NCBI GenBank assembly: GCA_036703295.1
Contig: DATNPJ010000027.1
Span: 32,838 to 96,837 of the forward strand
DNA length: 64,000 bases
From: Coleofasciculaceae cyanobacterium
GTDB taxonomy: Bacteria > Cyanobacteriota > Vampirovibrionia > Vampirovibrionales > Vampirovibrionaceae
Direction of reading: 5' to 3'
Positions 27,439-37,106 of this stretch are shown in pieces. Position 1 is the first letter of the stretch. Every line of letters begins with the position of its first letter. The notes under the pieces are model-generated. The model had not been told where the DNA came from. It saw only the letters and a list, made by a program, of their open reading frames with translations, and searched no databases. The translations under genes were made by a program, and so were the position numbers.

Positions 27439-28956
27439 ATGGGTACAGCAGGTTTTTCCCTCCTTTGGTGGGTTTCGGGATCCCCAATCCGCTTTTTTCA
27501 GCGTTGCCGGGATTATAATGAGATCAGAGGTCAAAAATCTGGGTGCGCCCGGAACGTGCAGAAAACTGAATTGATATTTCAATCGCCGGTCCTGGTGATC
27601 TTGTTGGTACTCGGGACGATCGCGGTCATCGCCGCGGTCTTGTTGCGCAGTCCCAAGGAAAAGGGCATTCTTGGCAAAGAATACAAGATGCCTGCTGGTA
27701 TGCTCCCGGAGGGGCAGGACCAAAACATGGGCTTCATGGAACACCTCAATCGGGGTAACGAGGCACTGGCCCAATACGATTTTGATCAGGCTTTGCTGCA
27801 CTTCCAGGAAGCCGTCAAGCTGAAAAACAGCGACCCTTCCGTGCATTTCAAGATTGGCCGCATCTTTTTGCAGAAAGACGACACCAAAAACGCTATCGTT
27901 GCTTTTCGAAACGTTCTGAATCTGAATCCCAGCCAAATTGAAGCCCATTTTGAGCTTGCTCGCGCTTATCAGACCCAGAAAAACCTGGAATTGGCCCACC
28001 AGGAGCTGAATCAAGCGTTAAGCATCAACCCGGAGCACGAGGAAACGCTCAAGTTCAAGATTAAACTCTATGAGCAGGAAGAGAAGTATCAACACGCGCT
28101 GCCGATTGTGAAAAAGCTGGTGATGCTTTCCCGTCAGCCCATGCAATACCGGGCCAAGGCGGCGGATTACCTGACCCGGATGGGTAAATTCGAAGAAGCC
28201 GTGACCGAATACGAGAGCCTGATCGATCTGGATCCGGACCACCGCTTTCAGTACAAGGGCAAAATCGGACAGGCCTATTTTGAGTTGGGCAACTACACCA
28301 AGGCCATCGAGTTTTTCAAACAGGTGTTGCAGGATCATGGTCCTAATCTGGTGGATACGTCCTATGTCGCAACCCTGAGAAGCCAGATGGCCGCCTCGTT
28401 GTGCAACGAGGGCGTGAGATTCTTCGAGGTTGAGGACTATACGGCGGCTATCCAGCGATACCAGGAAGCCTTGATGCATGACGACGCCAATGTGGACATC
28501 CATTACAACCTGGGCAAGGCGTATTCCCGAATCCGGGACACCCTCAATGCACTCAAGCATTTCGAGCGCGGTATTTCGCTCAATCCGGTAGATGTCAGTT
28601 GCTATTACGAACTGGCGGTTCTGCAAGACGAAAAGGGCATGATCCCCGAAGCCACCACCAACTACCAGAAAGTCCTGGAACTGGATCCCGCCAATGCCAA
28701 TGCAACCTTTGGTTTAGGCACACTGTATGGCGTTCAGGGGAATCTGGAAGAGTCCATCCGGTATCTCAGCGACGCTATTCGGCTGAACCCACAGTTTATT
28801 GACGCTATTTACAACCTGGGTGTGGCCCTGGAACGCAAGAAGGATTTCAACAAGGCCATTCAGATGTATCGCAAGGTACTCAGCCTGGATCAGGAGCATG
28901 AGAAGTCCCGCAGCAACCTGGCCCATATTACGCACGTTCAAAGCCAAAAAAGCTGA
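27439..28956 (+). CDS. TPR-repeat protein with N-terminal membrane anchor
   Basis: Multiple 34-aa TPR units (W/LG/Y-A-F-A-P pattern). Likely start is the GTG near 27556 ('MQKTELIFQSPVLVILLVLGTIAVIAAVLL', single TM). Confidence 0.75.
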   Translation: MGTAGFSLLWWVSGSPIRFFQRCRDYNEIRGQKSGCARNVQKTELIFQSPVLVILLVLGTIAVIAAVLLRSPKEKGILGKEYKMPAGMLPEGQDQNMGFMEHLNRGNEALAQYDFDQALLHFQEAVKLKNSDPSVHFKIGRIFLQKDDTKNAIVAFRNVLNLNPSQIEAHFELARAYQTQKNLELAHQELNQALSINPEHEETLKFKIKLYEQEEKYQHALPIVKKLVMLSRQPMQYRAKAADYLTRMGKFEEAVTEYESLIDLDPDHRFQYKGKIGQAYFELGNYTKAIEFFKQVLQDHGPNLVDTSYVATLRSQMAASLCNEGVRFFEVEDYTAAIQRYQEALMHDDANVDIHYNLGKAYSRIRDTLNALKHFERGISLNPVDVSCYYELAVLQDEKGMIPEATTNYQKVLELDPANANATFGLGTLYGVQGNLEESIRYLSDAIRLNPQFIDAIYNLGVALERKKDFNKAIQMYRKVLSLDQEHEKSRSNLAHITHVQSQKS

Positions 28957-28965
28957 ACTACGGCA

Positions 28966-30162
28966 CTATCCCCGGAAATTCTGCACGCCAGCTTCTTGTG
29001 GGCGCCATGGGTTATAGGGCGGCTGGCTGGCTTTCGGCTGGGCGAGTCTGACCGCCCGCTGTTGCCCCAGCCTAGAGGTCTGTTGCAGACCCTGCCAGGT
29101 TAAGCGTGCATCGTAGTTGCCCAAAGCCGTTTCACGTGCTTTCGCCTGTTCGCGTTGAAATTCGCGCCGGTTCCGCATGGCATTGAACCAGCCTGGGAAC
29201 CAGCCCAGCATACATACGATCAGTATGAAGCCCAGAATGTCTGCGGGCAAACGACGGTTCTGCGCAAATCGAATCACCGAATCCCGAAACGCGCCCTGTG
29301 CATTTTCCGCCATCCTGACGGCCTGCTTGATGCCGGTTTTTTGGGAACTGGCCAGCCATTCCTTCAGTACGTCATCACCGGCTTCCAGGTGTTTGTAGAT
29401 GCCACGGGCCAATGCCATGATTTCTTTCTGGCCTTTTGCGTCGATGGGTGAGGTGGTGGTGACTTGCCGAATCAGTTCCGGCAGGTCCTCCAGGGCAGTA
29501 TCCAGGTGCTTTTTGGCTGCTTCTCCGCCGACTTCGAAAAGACCACCGCTATAAAGTTTTTGCAGGGCTTTTTTCAAGCCCTCGCCACCGCCCTCGCGAA
29601 TCAGACTGACCAGGGCGTGTTCGCTGTCCAGCCGATAGTTGGCGAAACGGGAATAGCTTAAGACCTCACCGCTATGGGGATCGATTAACTGTAGGCCACC
29701 GGTGCCGGGCAGCTTTTGGTAAAACTTGTTGAAAAGCGTGGTGAGGGCTTTCAATCCAAAGACAAACAAGCTGATTGAAATGCTGTCCCGCACCAGGATG
29801 TCCTTGACTTCCCTAAAATCATTGTGGTTCTCCTTGCCGCGTTTCAAGGCGGCATGCAACCGGGCACCCATCATGACCGCAAAAAACAGGAAACAGGCCG
29901 CGCCGATCGGGGCGCTGGTCACCTTCAGTTTTCCTGCTTGCGAGAACTCCCGGAAATCCCAGTCCGCCAGTGTTCGGCCGAATTTAGACAGCGACATAAC
30001 AGCTCGCTGAAACAGGCCTTGGGGTTTTGCGCGGTTCGAGACAAATCGCTCGGTGGCATCCTCGATTTTTTGAGGCAGGGAAAACAGCCAAACTGAGGGA
30101 CGGTGCAAAGCTTTGGTGGTCAAATCAGTGCCGGGCGTGGGACGGAGGGGCGAGATCATCAA
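28966..30162 (-). CDS. Hypothetical bitopic membrane protein, family member 1 of 4
   Basis: 398 aa. Internal hydrophobic helix ('IGAACFLFFAVMMGA'). Near the C-terminus, a helix 'ILGFILIVCMLGWFPGWF' is followed by a basic cluster 'NAMRNRREFQREQ' and a Pro/Gln-rich tail. No known domain. Confidence 0.45.
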   Translation of the reverse strand: MMISPLRPTPGTDLTTKALHRPSVWLFSLPQKIEDATERFVSNRAKPQGLFQRAVMSLSKFGRTLADWDFREFSQAGKLKVTSAPIGAACFLFFAVMMGARLHAALKRGKENHNDFREVKDILVRDSISISLFVFGLKALTTLFNKFYQKLPGTGGLQLIDPHSGEVLSYSRFANYRLDSEHALVSLIREGGGEGLKKALQKLYSGGLFEVGGEAAKKHLDTALEDLPELIRQVTTTSPIDAKGQKEIMALARGIYKHLEAGDDVLKEWLASSQKTGIKQAVRMAENAQGAFRDSVIRFAQNRRLPADILGFILIVCMLGWFPGWFNAMRNRREFQREQAKARETALGNYDARLTWQGLQQTSRLGQQRAVRLAQPKASQPPYNPWRPQEAGVQNFRG

Positions 30163-31646
30163 GCCTGCCCTCCATTATTATTGGCGGCGAAGGGAATAGA
30201 CCTGGGCGCGCCAAGCGGGTTGATGCCTGGGGTTGTCGTCCAAGCGGGAAGGGTTTGAGCGAAGCTCGGGATTCCTGCAGGTACAGGTCTATACTGTTGC
30301 ATGCCGGGTGCCGGACTGGCTGGGGAGTTGTCAGTACTGGGTTGTAGGTTACGGGTGGCCTGGTAAGATTTGCTGCTTTGCGCAAAACGCGTCATGCGTA
30401 TCAGCCAGGCGGTACTCAAAGCGACCAGCGAGAAAACGACCAGTCCCTTCTGGGCGATACTTTGCTTCAAGATGCCTCGCGCGGTTTCAACGAGCGCGGG
30501 GGCCTCCTTGGAAGCCGCCTGGTGTTGCCATAACTTGCGGGGAAACTCACCCCATCGTCGCAGATTCTCTAAAAAGCTTTCCAGTCGGATATTTTCTGCC
30601 GTATGCTCCCGTGACAGTGCCACCCAGGCGTGATCGCTGAATAAAGTCGGTTTGGCGATTGATACGGGCTCTCTCATGCCTTTTCGCATAAACTTGTAAG
30701 GCTCCATGCGGTATTTCCGGTTCACGCTTAACAGTTGTTCCTGAATCTCTTGGCTGATGGTGGTCAGTTGTTTTTCGAGATCGGCGTTAGACAGCGGGGG
30801 ATCGAGCAGGTGGTCCGTCCATGTCTGGAAACGGTTCCGCAAAAAGTCCGTATAGTTGGGCTCTTCCCGTCCGGCCTGGCGAAGCGCCTGCTGAACAGAG
30901 GGATAGTTTTTCAGTTGCTGCCGCAGTACCGGGTCCGCAACCACGGTTTTTTCCAGCAGAGGGTCGACAAAGAGGTTGGCCATATGGTCGGCCACTGCCT
31001 CGCGGTAGCCCTCCTTGCTCAGGGAGGCTTTCGGAGAAGGGAATGCCTCCTGCATGTGCTCAATGAAGCCTTCTCCCAAGCGCTTGAGGGTATTGTAAGG
31101 CATTTCGATCATGTTGCTCAGCGAGTGGCGGCCCACGAAAAATGCCAGGGTCGGGATGGCCAGGATGCCGATGGGTGCGACGATGACTTCTCGTTTAACC
31201 TCCTCCCAGCAGTTTGGCCAGTTGAGCCCTTGCCACGTTTTGGACGCCCAACGCTTGAACTGCTGTGGGAACGGCAGGTTTCGGGTTTCCTCATCCTGAC
31301 GGATATCATATTCCTTGCGGCCGGCCAGCAAGCCGGTAATGAAGCGCCCCGGCCACATACCGCACAAGTCGAGAGAGATGAAACCCCAGAAAAATTTTTC
31401 GGTAATGTTTTTGAAAAGAGGCCGCAGACGATCGTAGAGGGTGTTGATTGTCCTGGAAGCCGTGTGGTTCAGATTGCTGCCAAACCGAAGCTGGTTTGTG
31501 GCTTGCTGAGCCGTGGTTTTTCTCGGCAATGAGTGCACAATCGGACTGGATGGCCGTGTGTTACATCGAATATTCGGATTATTGGATATCAAATCCACCG
31601 AGCACGGGTTCCTTTCACGAGTTGCCTCCATATCAAAGAGCCTCAA
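30159..31646 (-). CDS. Hypothetical bitopic membrane protein, family member 2 of 4
   Basis: 495 aa. Helix 'VIVAPIGILAIPTLAFFVG'. Near the C-terminus, 'LVVFSLVALSTAWLIRMTRF' plus a basic stretch, then a Pro/Ala-rich tail. 4-nt overlap with member 1. Confidence 0.45.
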   Translation of the reverse strand: MRLFDMEATRERNPCSVDLISNNPNIRCNTRPSSPIVHSLPRKTTAQQATNQLRFGSNLNHTASRTINTLYDRLRPLFKNITEKFFWGFISLDLCGMWPGRFITGLLAGRKEYDIRQDEETRNLPFPQQFKRWASKTWQGLNWPNCWEEVKREVIVAPIGILAIPTLAFFVGRHSLSNMIEMPYNTLKRLGEGFIEHMQEAFPSPKASLSKEGYREAVADHMANLFVDPLLEKTVVADPVLRQQLKNYPSVQQALRQAGREEPNYTDFLRNRFQTWTDHLLDPPLSNADLEKQLTTISQEIQEQLLSVNRKYRMEPYKFMRKGMREPVSIAKPTLFSDHAWVALSREHTAENIRLESFLENLRRWGEFPRKLWQHQAASKEAPALVETARGILKQSIAQKGLVVFSLVALSTAWLIRMTRFAQSSKSYQATRNLQPSTDNSPASPAPGMQQYRPVPAGIPSFAQTLPAWTTTPGINPLGAPRSIPFAANNNGGQA

Positions 31647-31792
31647 GGCATCTTGATGCTAGGATGTAAAAAATTATTAATACCCCTTTGCAACCCACGG
31701 GATGGCATTATACACCCAGCAATGTCTCCAAGAAAGTGCGTAACGTTTGGTTAAGCATATAGCACGGTTTCCTACGAGCGGTTTTAATTTGA

Positions 31793-33376
31793 TTGGAAAG
31801 TTTTCTTGGGAATCAGCCACCCTTTGCCAACATGCTAGCACTATCGCCAACAACTCCCCCCTCCGGGAGTATATCGGATTACCAATCCCCTGCCCCCATG
31901 CGGTTTGGCGGGGGGATGGATGCCGTTTCCAGGATGGTTGGCGTGATTGACGGCAACCGGATGATTGAAATGGCCTCGACCGACTTCACGGGTATGTGTG
32001 GCCCCAGGACTTGGATTGAATATCGGGAAAGGGGAGGAGATGCCGCTCGTGAAACCGTCATTCGAGAAGTTGCTGGCGGGATTTGCAACGTGTTCCTGGC
32101 CGGATGGCTCTCCCTGGCAATGCTGGGGATGCTGGGAAATAGCGTCAACCGCTATAACCCGCACGGTCTACCGGGCAAGGCCTGGATCAGTGCCCGCAGT
32201 TTAGAGGCTTTTGGCGGCCTGTATCAGAATATCCTCACCGATACGGCTCATCCGGTGAAGGATCTTTCCGAGGCCCGCGAACGGTTCATCAAGCAGGTGC
32301 TCACGGGGCTGATTTCAGCGGATCAGGCTTCCAGCCGGGTGAGCTTGCCGCAAAGTGCCCGTGAATTGGAACCCCAGGCCCAGGTTAAATATCTGCGGGA
32401 ACTGGTCAAGGATGCGCTACCCGGAGAGGCCTTTGAGAAGCTGTCCGCTGACATCCAGGCGGATAGCCTTGAAAAACAGGCCGAGAAACTGACCGAGGCG
32501 CTCCATCAGGCGAACAACGGCAAACTGACCCGGGAAGCCCAAGAGAGGCTGTATCGGTACTTCTCATTGAAGGCTGGTTCCGATGTCGTCGGCGTTCAGG
32601 GCACCAACCATTTCAACAGGCTGGCCATGGCTCAGGTTCTGGAGGAAAAGGCATACCTGGAGGAAGAGGCCCGGCGGCTGAATCAGCCGGTGACTGATGC
32701 CCTGAAGCATTTTGACGAGGTGAAGGAGTTTAAAGCTGCCCGGCTAAGGCTGAGCCTGGCGGACTTGGATGGTACGGAACGCGAGTTTTTGAAACAGGTC
32801 AGTGGGATTGCCCAATCCGGAAAGCTGACCAGCGCGGTGCATTTGTATGGACCGGACAACCGGTTGCTCCTGAAAACGGGCTTGCTGAAAGATACCGGGC
32901 GGGATGCCCTGTTCGGTGAGCTGAAGCACTTTCTGGAGCAGTTTGTCGACCGGGCCGGCCATGGCATTGACGAAAAGGCGGCTGACTGGAAGCAACAGGT
33001 CCTGCAGACACTGAACCGTCCAAGCGAAAAGCGCGGGTTGTGGAGCAGGCTGATGCCTCAGGCGGATGAGGGCCTGCTGCGAAGCGCGCTGAAAACTAAG
33101 ACCGCCTACACCTGGATTCCGATGCTGGGCGCCGCCCTGGTAGGGATGTCTGTCGGCTTTTTCAACAACTGGCTCACCAAAAAACGTAATGGCGGCAAGG
33201 TCTCCTATCCCGGCGACGGTCCTCCCACCGCCTCTGCGACTTCTGCACCCGTCAATTCCCAAGCGCCAAACGGTCTGGTTTCCAGTGCCGGTGTGGGTAG
33301 CGGCTTAAAACGTTCCAGAGGAGCCTTTGCCCAGTTTCAGGCTCAACGCTTCGGAAACGGAGGCATTCTGGCATGA
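31793..33376 (+). CDS. Hypothetical bitopic membrane protein, family member 3 of 4
   Basis: 527 aa. Helix 'ICNVFLAGWLSLAMLGML', a long coiled-coil-like central region, then 'WIPMLGAALVGMSVGFFNNWLTKKRNGG' followed by a Pro/Ser/Ala-rich tail. Confidence 0.45.
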   Translation: MESFLGNQPPFANMLALSPTTPPSGSISDYQSPAPMRFGGGMDAVSRMVGVIDGNRMIEMASTDFTGMCGPRTWIEYRERGGDAARETVIREVAGGICNVFLAGWLSLAMLGMLGNSVNRYNPHGLPGKAWISARSLEAFGGLYQNILTDTAHPVKDLSEARERFIKQVLTGLISADQASSRVSLPQSARELEPQAQVKYLRELVKDALPGEAFEKLSADIQADSLEKQAEKLTEALHQANNGKLTREAQERLYRYFSLKAGSDVVGVQGTNHFNRLAMAQVLEEKAYLEEEARRLNQPVTDALKHFDEVKEFKAARLRLSLADLDGTEREFLKQVSGIAQSGKLTSAVHLYGPDNRLLLKTGLLKDTGRDALFGELKHFLEQFVDRAGHGIDEKAADWKQQVLQTLNRPSEKRGLWSRLMPQADEGLLRSALKTKTAYTWIPMLGAALVGMSVGFFNNWLTKKRNGGKVSYPGDGPPTASATSAPVNSQAPNGLVSSAGVGSGLKRSRGAFAQFQAQRFGNGGILA

Positions 33377-34266
33377 TGACGCGACCGCTTGCTTCCAAGC
33401 CGTATCCTCAAACGCTAACGTCTTCCGCCGAAAAACAGACGGCCACTCCCCTGCAATTCGGATTCCGTCCGGTGGCTCCTGCAAAAATCGCAGCCAATCG
33501 GCTCATCCGGTTCCTGGACTTTCATGAGCTGGCCGCTACCACCGTGCCGCAGGTTATGGTGATTTATGCGGGCATTATTCTCTCCCGCTTCCTCAGTGCC
33601 ATCCAGCGGATGCGCGAGGATCCGCAACATCGGACCAATGAAATCCGGGAGACGGCTACCCGTGATCCGTTGGGCTATGCCCTGTGGATTTTCGGCATCC
33701 CCTTGCTCCAGCGGGTTTTCCTGAGATTCTGCATTCCCAAGAAATACCGCGAGTCCTTGACTGATGCGAGTATGGCGCCCGAGAGTACGCAAGGGCTCAG
33801 GGGCAAGCTCCGTTGGCTGAATCGGAAGCTGAACCCCTTGCGCTGGTCCATTCCTAGCCGGGAGCAGGTGGATAACCAGATGCGCTATGCCCTGGAGAAA
33901 ATCAAGAAAGCCGGTTTCGGCGAGGGCAGCGCGGAGTTCCAGAAGGTGCATCATTTCTATGAAAAAGGCATGCTCCGCTGGCGGAATATGGCGACCCTGC
34001 TGGGCTGGACGGTGACGATTGGCCTGCTGGGGGTCGGGGTGATGCTGTTCAATATTCAAGCCACCCGAAAACGTAACGCCCAACAGATGAAGTCGGCTGC
34101 CTCGCCAGGCAGAGCCCCTGTTAATCCTGCTTTCGGCAACCCTGCTGTCAGCCGGTATTTGCCGCCGCTACAGCCTGCCAACCGGGTTGCTTTTGCGGCT
34201 TCTCCAGCACGCATCCGGCAAGCGGGCGGGTATCCCACCGGAACCCTTCCCGGACGTCCTGAATAA
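33373..34266 (+). CDS. Hypothetical bitopic membrane protein, family member 4 of 4
   Basis: 297 aa. Helices 'VMVIYAGIILSRFL' and 'YALWIFGIPLL'. Near the C-terminus, 'LLGWTVTIGLLGVGVMLFNIQATRKRNAQQ' followed by a Pro/Ala-rich tail. 4-nt overlap with member 3. Confidence 0.45.
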   Translation: MMTRPLASKPYPQTLTSSAEKQTATPLQFGFRPVAPAKIAANRLIRFLDFHELAATTVPQVMVIYAGIILSRFLSAIQRMREDPQHRTNEIRETATRDPLGYALWIFGIPLLQRVFLRFCIPKKYRESLTDASMAPESTQGLRGKLRWLNRKLNPLRWSIPSREQVDNQMRYALEKIKKAGFGEGSAEFQKVHHFYEKGMLRWRNMATLLGWTVTIGLLGVGVMLFNIQATRKRNAQQMKSAASPGRAPVNPAFGNPAVSRYLPPLQPANRVAFAASPARIRQAGGYPTGTLPGRPE

Positions 34267-34299
34267 ACAGAAAACCCCCGTTTCCGGCCTTTGGCGTGG

Positions 34300-35298
34300 C
34301 TAGCCGCCGGTCCCGGATTTAGGCAGCTTGTCCTTCGCGGCACGCGCTTCTTTCTCCTCCCGGCGCTCCTGTCGCCCGGCGAAAATGCGCTGAATCGGGT
34401 TGGGCAAAGCATCCACCGAGAGGAACTCGGTTAATCGTTCTCCGAGAGGCACTTTTCTGACCAGAGTGGTATCCATGGCCACCTGGTAAAGCCGCGCCAG
34501 GGTCTTTTTCAGCTCTTCCGCGTTCGCCATTTTTTCCAGCTTGCCGTCTTCCACCAGGGAAATCACCCCGGTCTCCTCGGATACCACGATGCAGCGGCTA
34601 TCCGACAGTTCGGTCAGGCCAATGGCCGCCCGGTGACGGGTGCCATACTGCCAGCTGAGCTTGGGGTCTTCAGTTAGCGGCAGCAGCACACCGGCGGCCA
34701 CCACCCGGTTATCCGGGCCAATGACTACCGCGCCGTCGTGTAATGGTGTGTTGTGGTGAAAAATAGTCAGCAGTAATTCCGTGCTCAGCTTGGCATCCAG
34801 GGGCGTCCCCATTTCCAGGTAGTCTCCGCCGTGGCTGCTGGGCGCTTCCAGTACAATCAACGCGCCGCGCTTGGCCTTGCTTAAAAAGTGCACGGTCTCC
34901 GAAAGCTCCTGGACCAGGAATTCCGCTTTCTGTTCCTCGGGAGACGCAGTGGGCGGTGTGACTCCGAACAGTTCCCCCTGTCCTAAAAACAGTAGCATCC
35001 GCCGAAGTTCCGGCTGGAAGATGACGATCAGGCCGATGAACAGAATCTGGATACCGGCGGCGAACACATTTTCCAGCATGGGCATCTTGAAAATGTTGGC
35101 CAGAATCAGCATGCCCACAAAGATCAGCAGCATGATGAACAGGCCTTTCAGCAGCTGTTCGGCATGGCTGCGGCGGATAAAGCGCACGTAGATGAAGTAG
35201 ATGATGCCCGTGAGGACGGCAATCTGGAACAGGAATTTCAGCAGGGGCATAATCTGCCCCTGGCGCATTGCCCATTCCTGACCGAACCAATCCATCAT
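34300..35298 (-). CDS. cdaA: Diadenylate cyclase (c-di-AMP synthase), membrane-anchored CdaA type
   Basis: 332 aa. Three N-terminal TM helices. DAC-domain motifs 'TPLHDGAVVIG' (DGA) and 'YGTRHRAAIGLTE' (RHR). Confidence 0.8.
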   Translation of the reverse strand: MMDWFGQEWAMRQGQIMPLLKFLFQIAVLTGIIYFIYVRFIRRSHAEQLLKGLFIMLLIFVGMLILANIFKMPMLENVFAAGIQILFIGLIVIFQPELRRMLLFLGQGELFGVTPPTASPEEQKAEFLVQELSETVHFLSKAKRGALIVLEAPSSHGGDYLEMGTPLDAKLSTELLLTIFHHNTPLHDGAVVIGPDNRVVAAGVLLPLTEDPKLSWQYGTRHRAAIGLTELSDSRCIVVSEETGVISLVEDGKLEKMANAEELKKTLARLYQVAMDTTLVRKVPLGERLTEFLSVDALPNPIQRIFAGRQERREEKEARAAKDKLPKSGTGG

Positions 35299-35455
35299 CG
35301 TTGCGTCTATCTCCGGTCTCCTCGCATGATTGGTGTCTCAGTACGGAAAAACAGCCTTGCTTGAATCATCCCTCACCCAAAACATGGCTTAATCTCATTC
35401 TACATTACCTGCGGGCTCCCCGCCAGCTTCGATGAGAGTTGCCGGATAGTCCCCT

Positions 35456-36859
35456 CTAGTAGATGGATGCCGACGAGGACTCCGGCGTCTTGCGCAGGTG
35501 AGATGGAATCAAGTCCTGCTGGATGACGGTGTCGTAGGTTTCTCGCTGTACCAGCACGTGCGTTCTTCCGTGTTCAAGCAGGACGACCGCCGGGCGCGGG
35601 AAACGGTTGTAGTTGGAAGCCATCGAGTAATTGTAGGCCCCCGTCCCAAAGACGATAATTATGTCTCCGGTTTCCACTTGCGGAGTCGGCAGGCTTCGAA
35701 TCAGAATATCGCCGGATTCGCAGTACTTGCCTACCACATTGACGGTTTCCGCCACAGGCGCATTGATTTTGTTGCCCACAATGGCCGTATACTGGGCCTG
35801 GTAAAGGGCCGGGCGGATATTATCCCCCATGCCGCCGTCCACGGCCACAAACTTGCGCAGGCCGGGCACTTCCTTGATGCTGCCCACCGTGTAGAGGGTA
35901 ATACCGGCGGTTGCCACCATACTGCGGCCCGGCTCCATGAGCAGCCGGGGCAGGGGATAGTTCAATCGTTTGGCGTAGGCGTTCAATTTTTCCACGATTC
36001 GGTGGATCGCCACGGGCACGTCCGGCGGATCATCCTGGCCGGTATACATCACACCTAGGCCGCCGCCAAGATCCAGGTCGTCCAGCACCAAGCCGTCATA
36101 TTGGGCTCGAATGTTAAAGTAGATGTTCAGCATGATTTCGATCAAATCTTCGTAAGGCTTCACCTCGAAGATTTGAGAGCCGATATGCGCATGCAGGCCT
36201 CTCAGCTGAATGGTTTCAGCATACTTCCTGATGATCAGATCCATCGCCTGGGGCAGTTGGCTCAAATCAAAACCGAACTTGCTATCCGCCTGGCCGGTTT
36301 TGATGTAGTCGTGGGTATGGCATTCGATGCCGGGGGTGATCCGTAGCAGGACATCCACTTTCTTGCCCTTGCCGGCGGCGACATCATGGATGAGCTCCAG
36401 GTCGTGGAAGTTGTCTGCGGAAATGCGCCCGATGCCGTGATGGACGGCCAATTCGATTTCCTCGCGGCTTTTGTTGTTGCCGTTGAACAAGACCCGCTCC
36501 ATCGGAAAGCCCGCCTGGACCGCCGTATAGATTTCCCCGCCGGAAACCACGTCCAGGCCCATCCCTTCCTGTTCCATCAGCTTCACCAGGCCCATGTTCA
36601 TGTTGGCCTTGCAGGCATACAGTGGCAGGCTTTCTCCCGGATAAATATCCCGCAGGGTTTCCCGGTAGGCCTGAGCCGAAGCGCGTAAAGTCGCCTCATC
36701 CAGCACAAAAAGCGGCGTGCCATAAGTTTGCGCCAATTCCAGCAGATTAATCCCGCCCACCATCGGAACGTTTTCCTCGTTCACGGTGTAGGTCATCGGC
36801 TTCAGGGAGACATTCGGCGCGGGAACGTTGGGCATTCCCGGATACATCTGGCTGCTCAT
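35456..36859 (-). CDS. lysA: Diaminopimelate decarboxylase (Orn/DAP/Arg decarboxylase family 2)
   Basis: 467 aa. PLP-fold N-terminal barrel and a C-terminal block 'CESGDIL'-type motif ('KYCESGDILIRS'). Length typical for LysA. Confidence 0.65.
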   Translation of the reverse strand: MSSQMYPGMPNVPAPNVSLKPMTYTVNEENVPMVGGINLLELAQTYGTPLFVLDEATLRASAQAYRETLRDIYPGESLPLYACKANMNMGLVKLMEQEGMGLDVVSGGEIYTAVQAGFPMERVLFNGNNKSREEIELAVHHGIGRISADNFHDLELIHDVAAGKGKKVDVLLRITPGIECHTHDYIKTGQADSKFGFDLSQLPQAMDLIIRKYAETIQLRGLHAHIGSQIFEVKPYEDLIEIMLNIYFNIRAQYDGLVLDDLDLGGGLGVMYTGQDDPPDVPVAIHRIVEKLNAYAKRLNYPLPRLLMEPGRSMVATAGITLYTVGSIKEVPGLRKFVAVDGGMGDNIRPALYQAQYTAIVGNKINAPVAETVNVVGKYCESGDILIRSLPTPQVETGDIIIVFGTGAYNYSMASNYNRFPRPAVVLLEHGRTHVLVQRETYDTVIQQDLIPSHLRKTPESSSASIY

Positions 36860-36937
36860 GAGGCTCCTTGGCTTTGGCGGTGGTTACGGGGAGACAGTTG
36901 GGGCGTACTCCCTATTATGAAACAGGCACGGAACCTT

Positions 36938-36969
36938 GTAAATTTTCAGGTAAATTTTCAGGTAAATTT
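36938..36969. repeat. 12-nt tandem repeat (gtaaattttcag x2.7) in the lysA / Gly-Phe protein divergent intergenic region
   Basis: Direct reading gtaaattttcag gtaaattttcag gtaaattt. A palindrome GGCACG-TTTG-CGTGCC follows at 37052-37067. Confidence 0.55.
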
Positions 36970-37106
36970 CCGGCCTGCCGCCGGGATCGTGAGAAAGCCC
37001 GATGTCCGCCAAGCAATTTGAGCCGAATCTCTGTTTTTATTTGTTTAGTGTGTGTTAGTGGCACGTTTGCGTGCCAAGCTATCGAACTGTAAAGAGAGAG
37101 TGTATT

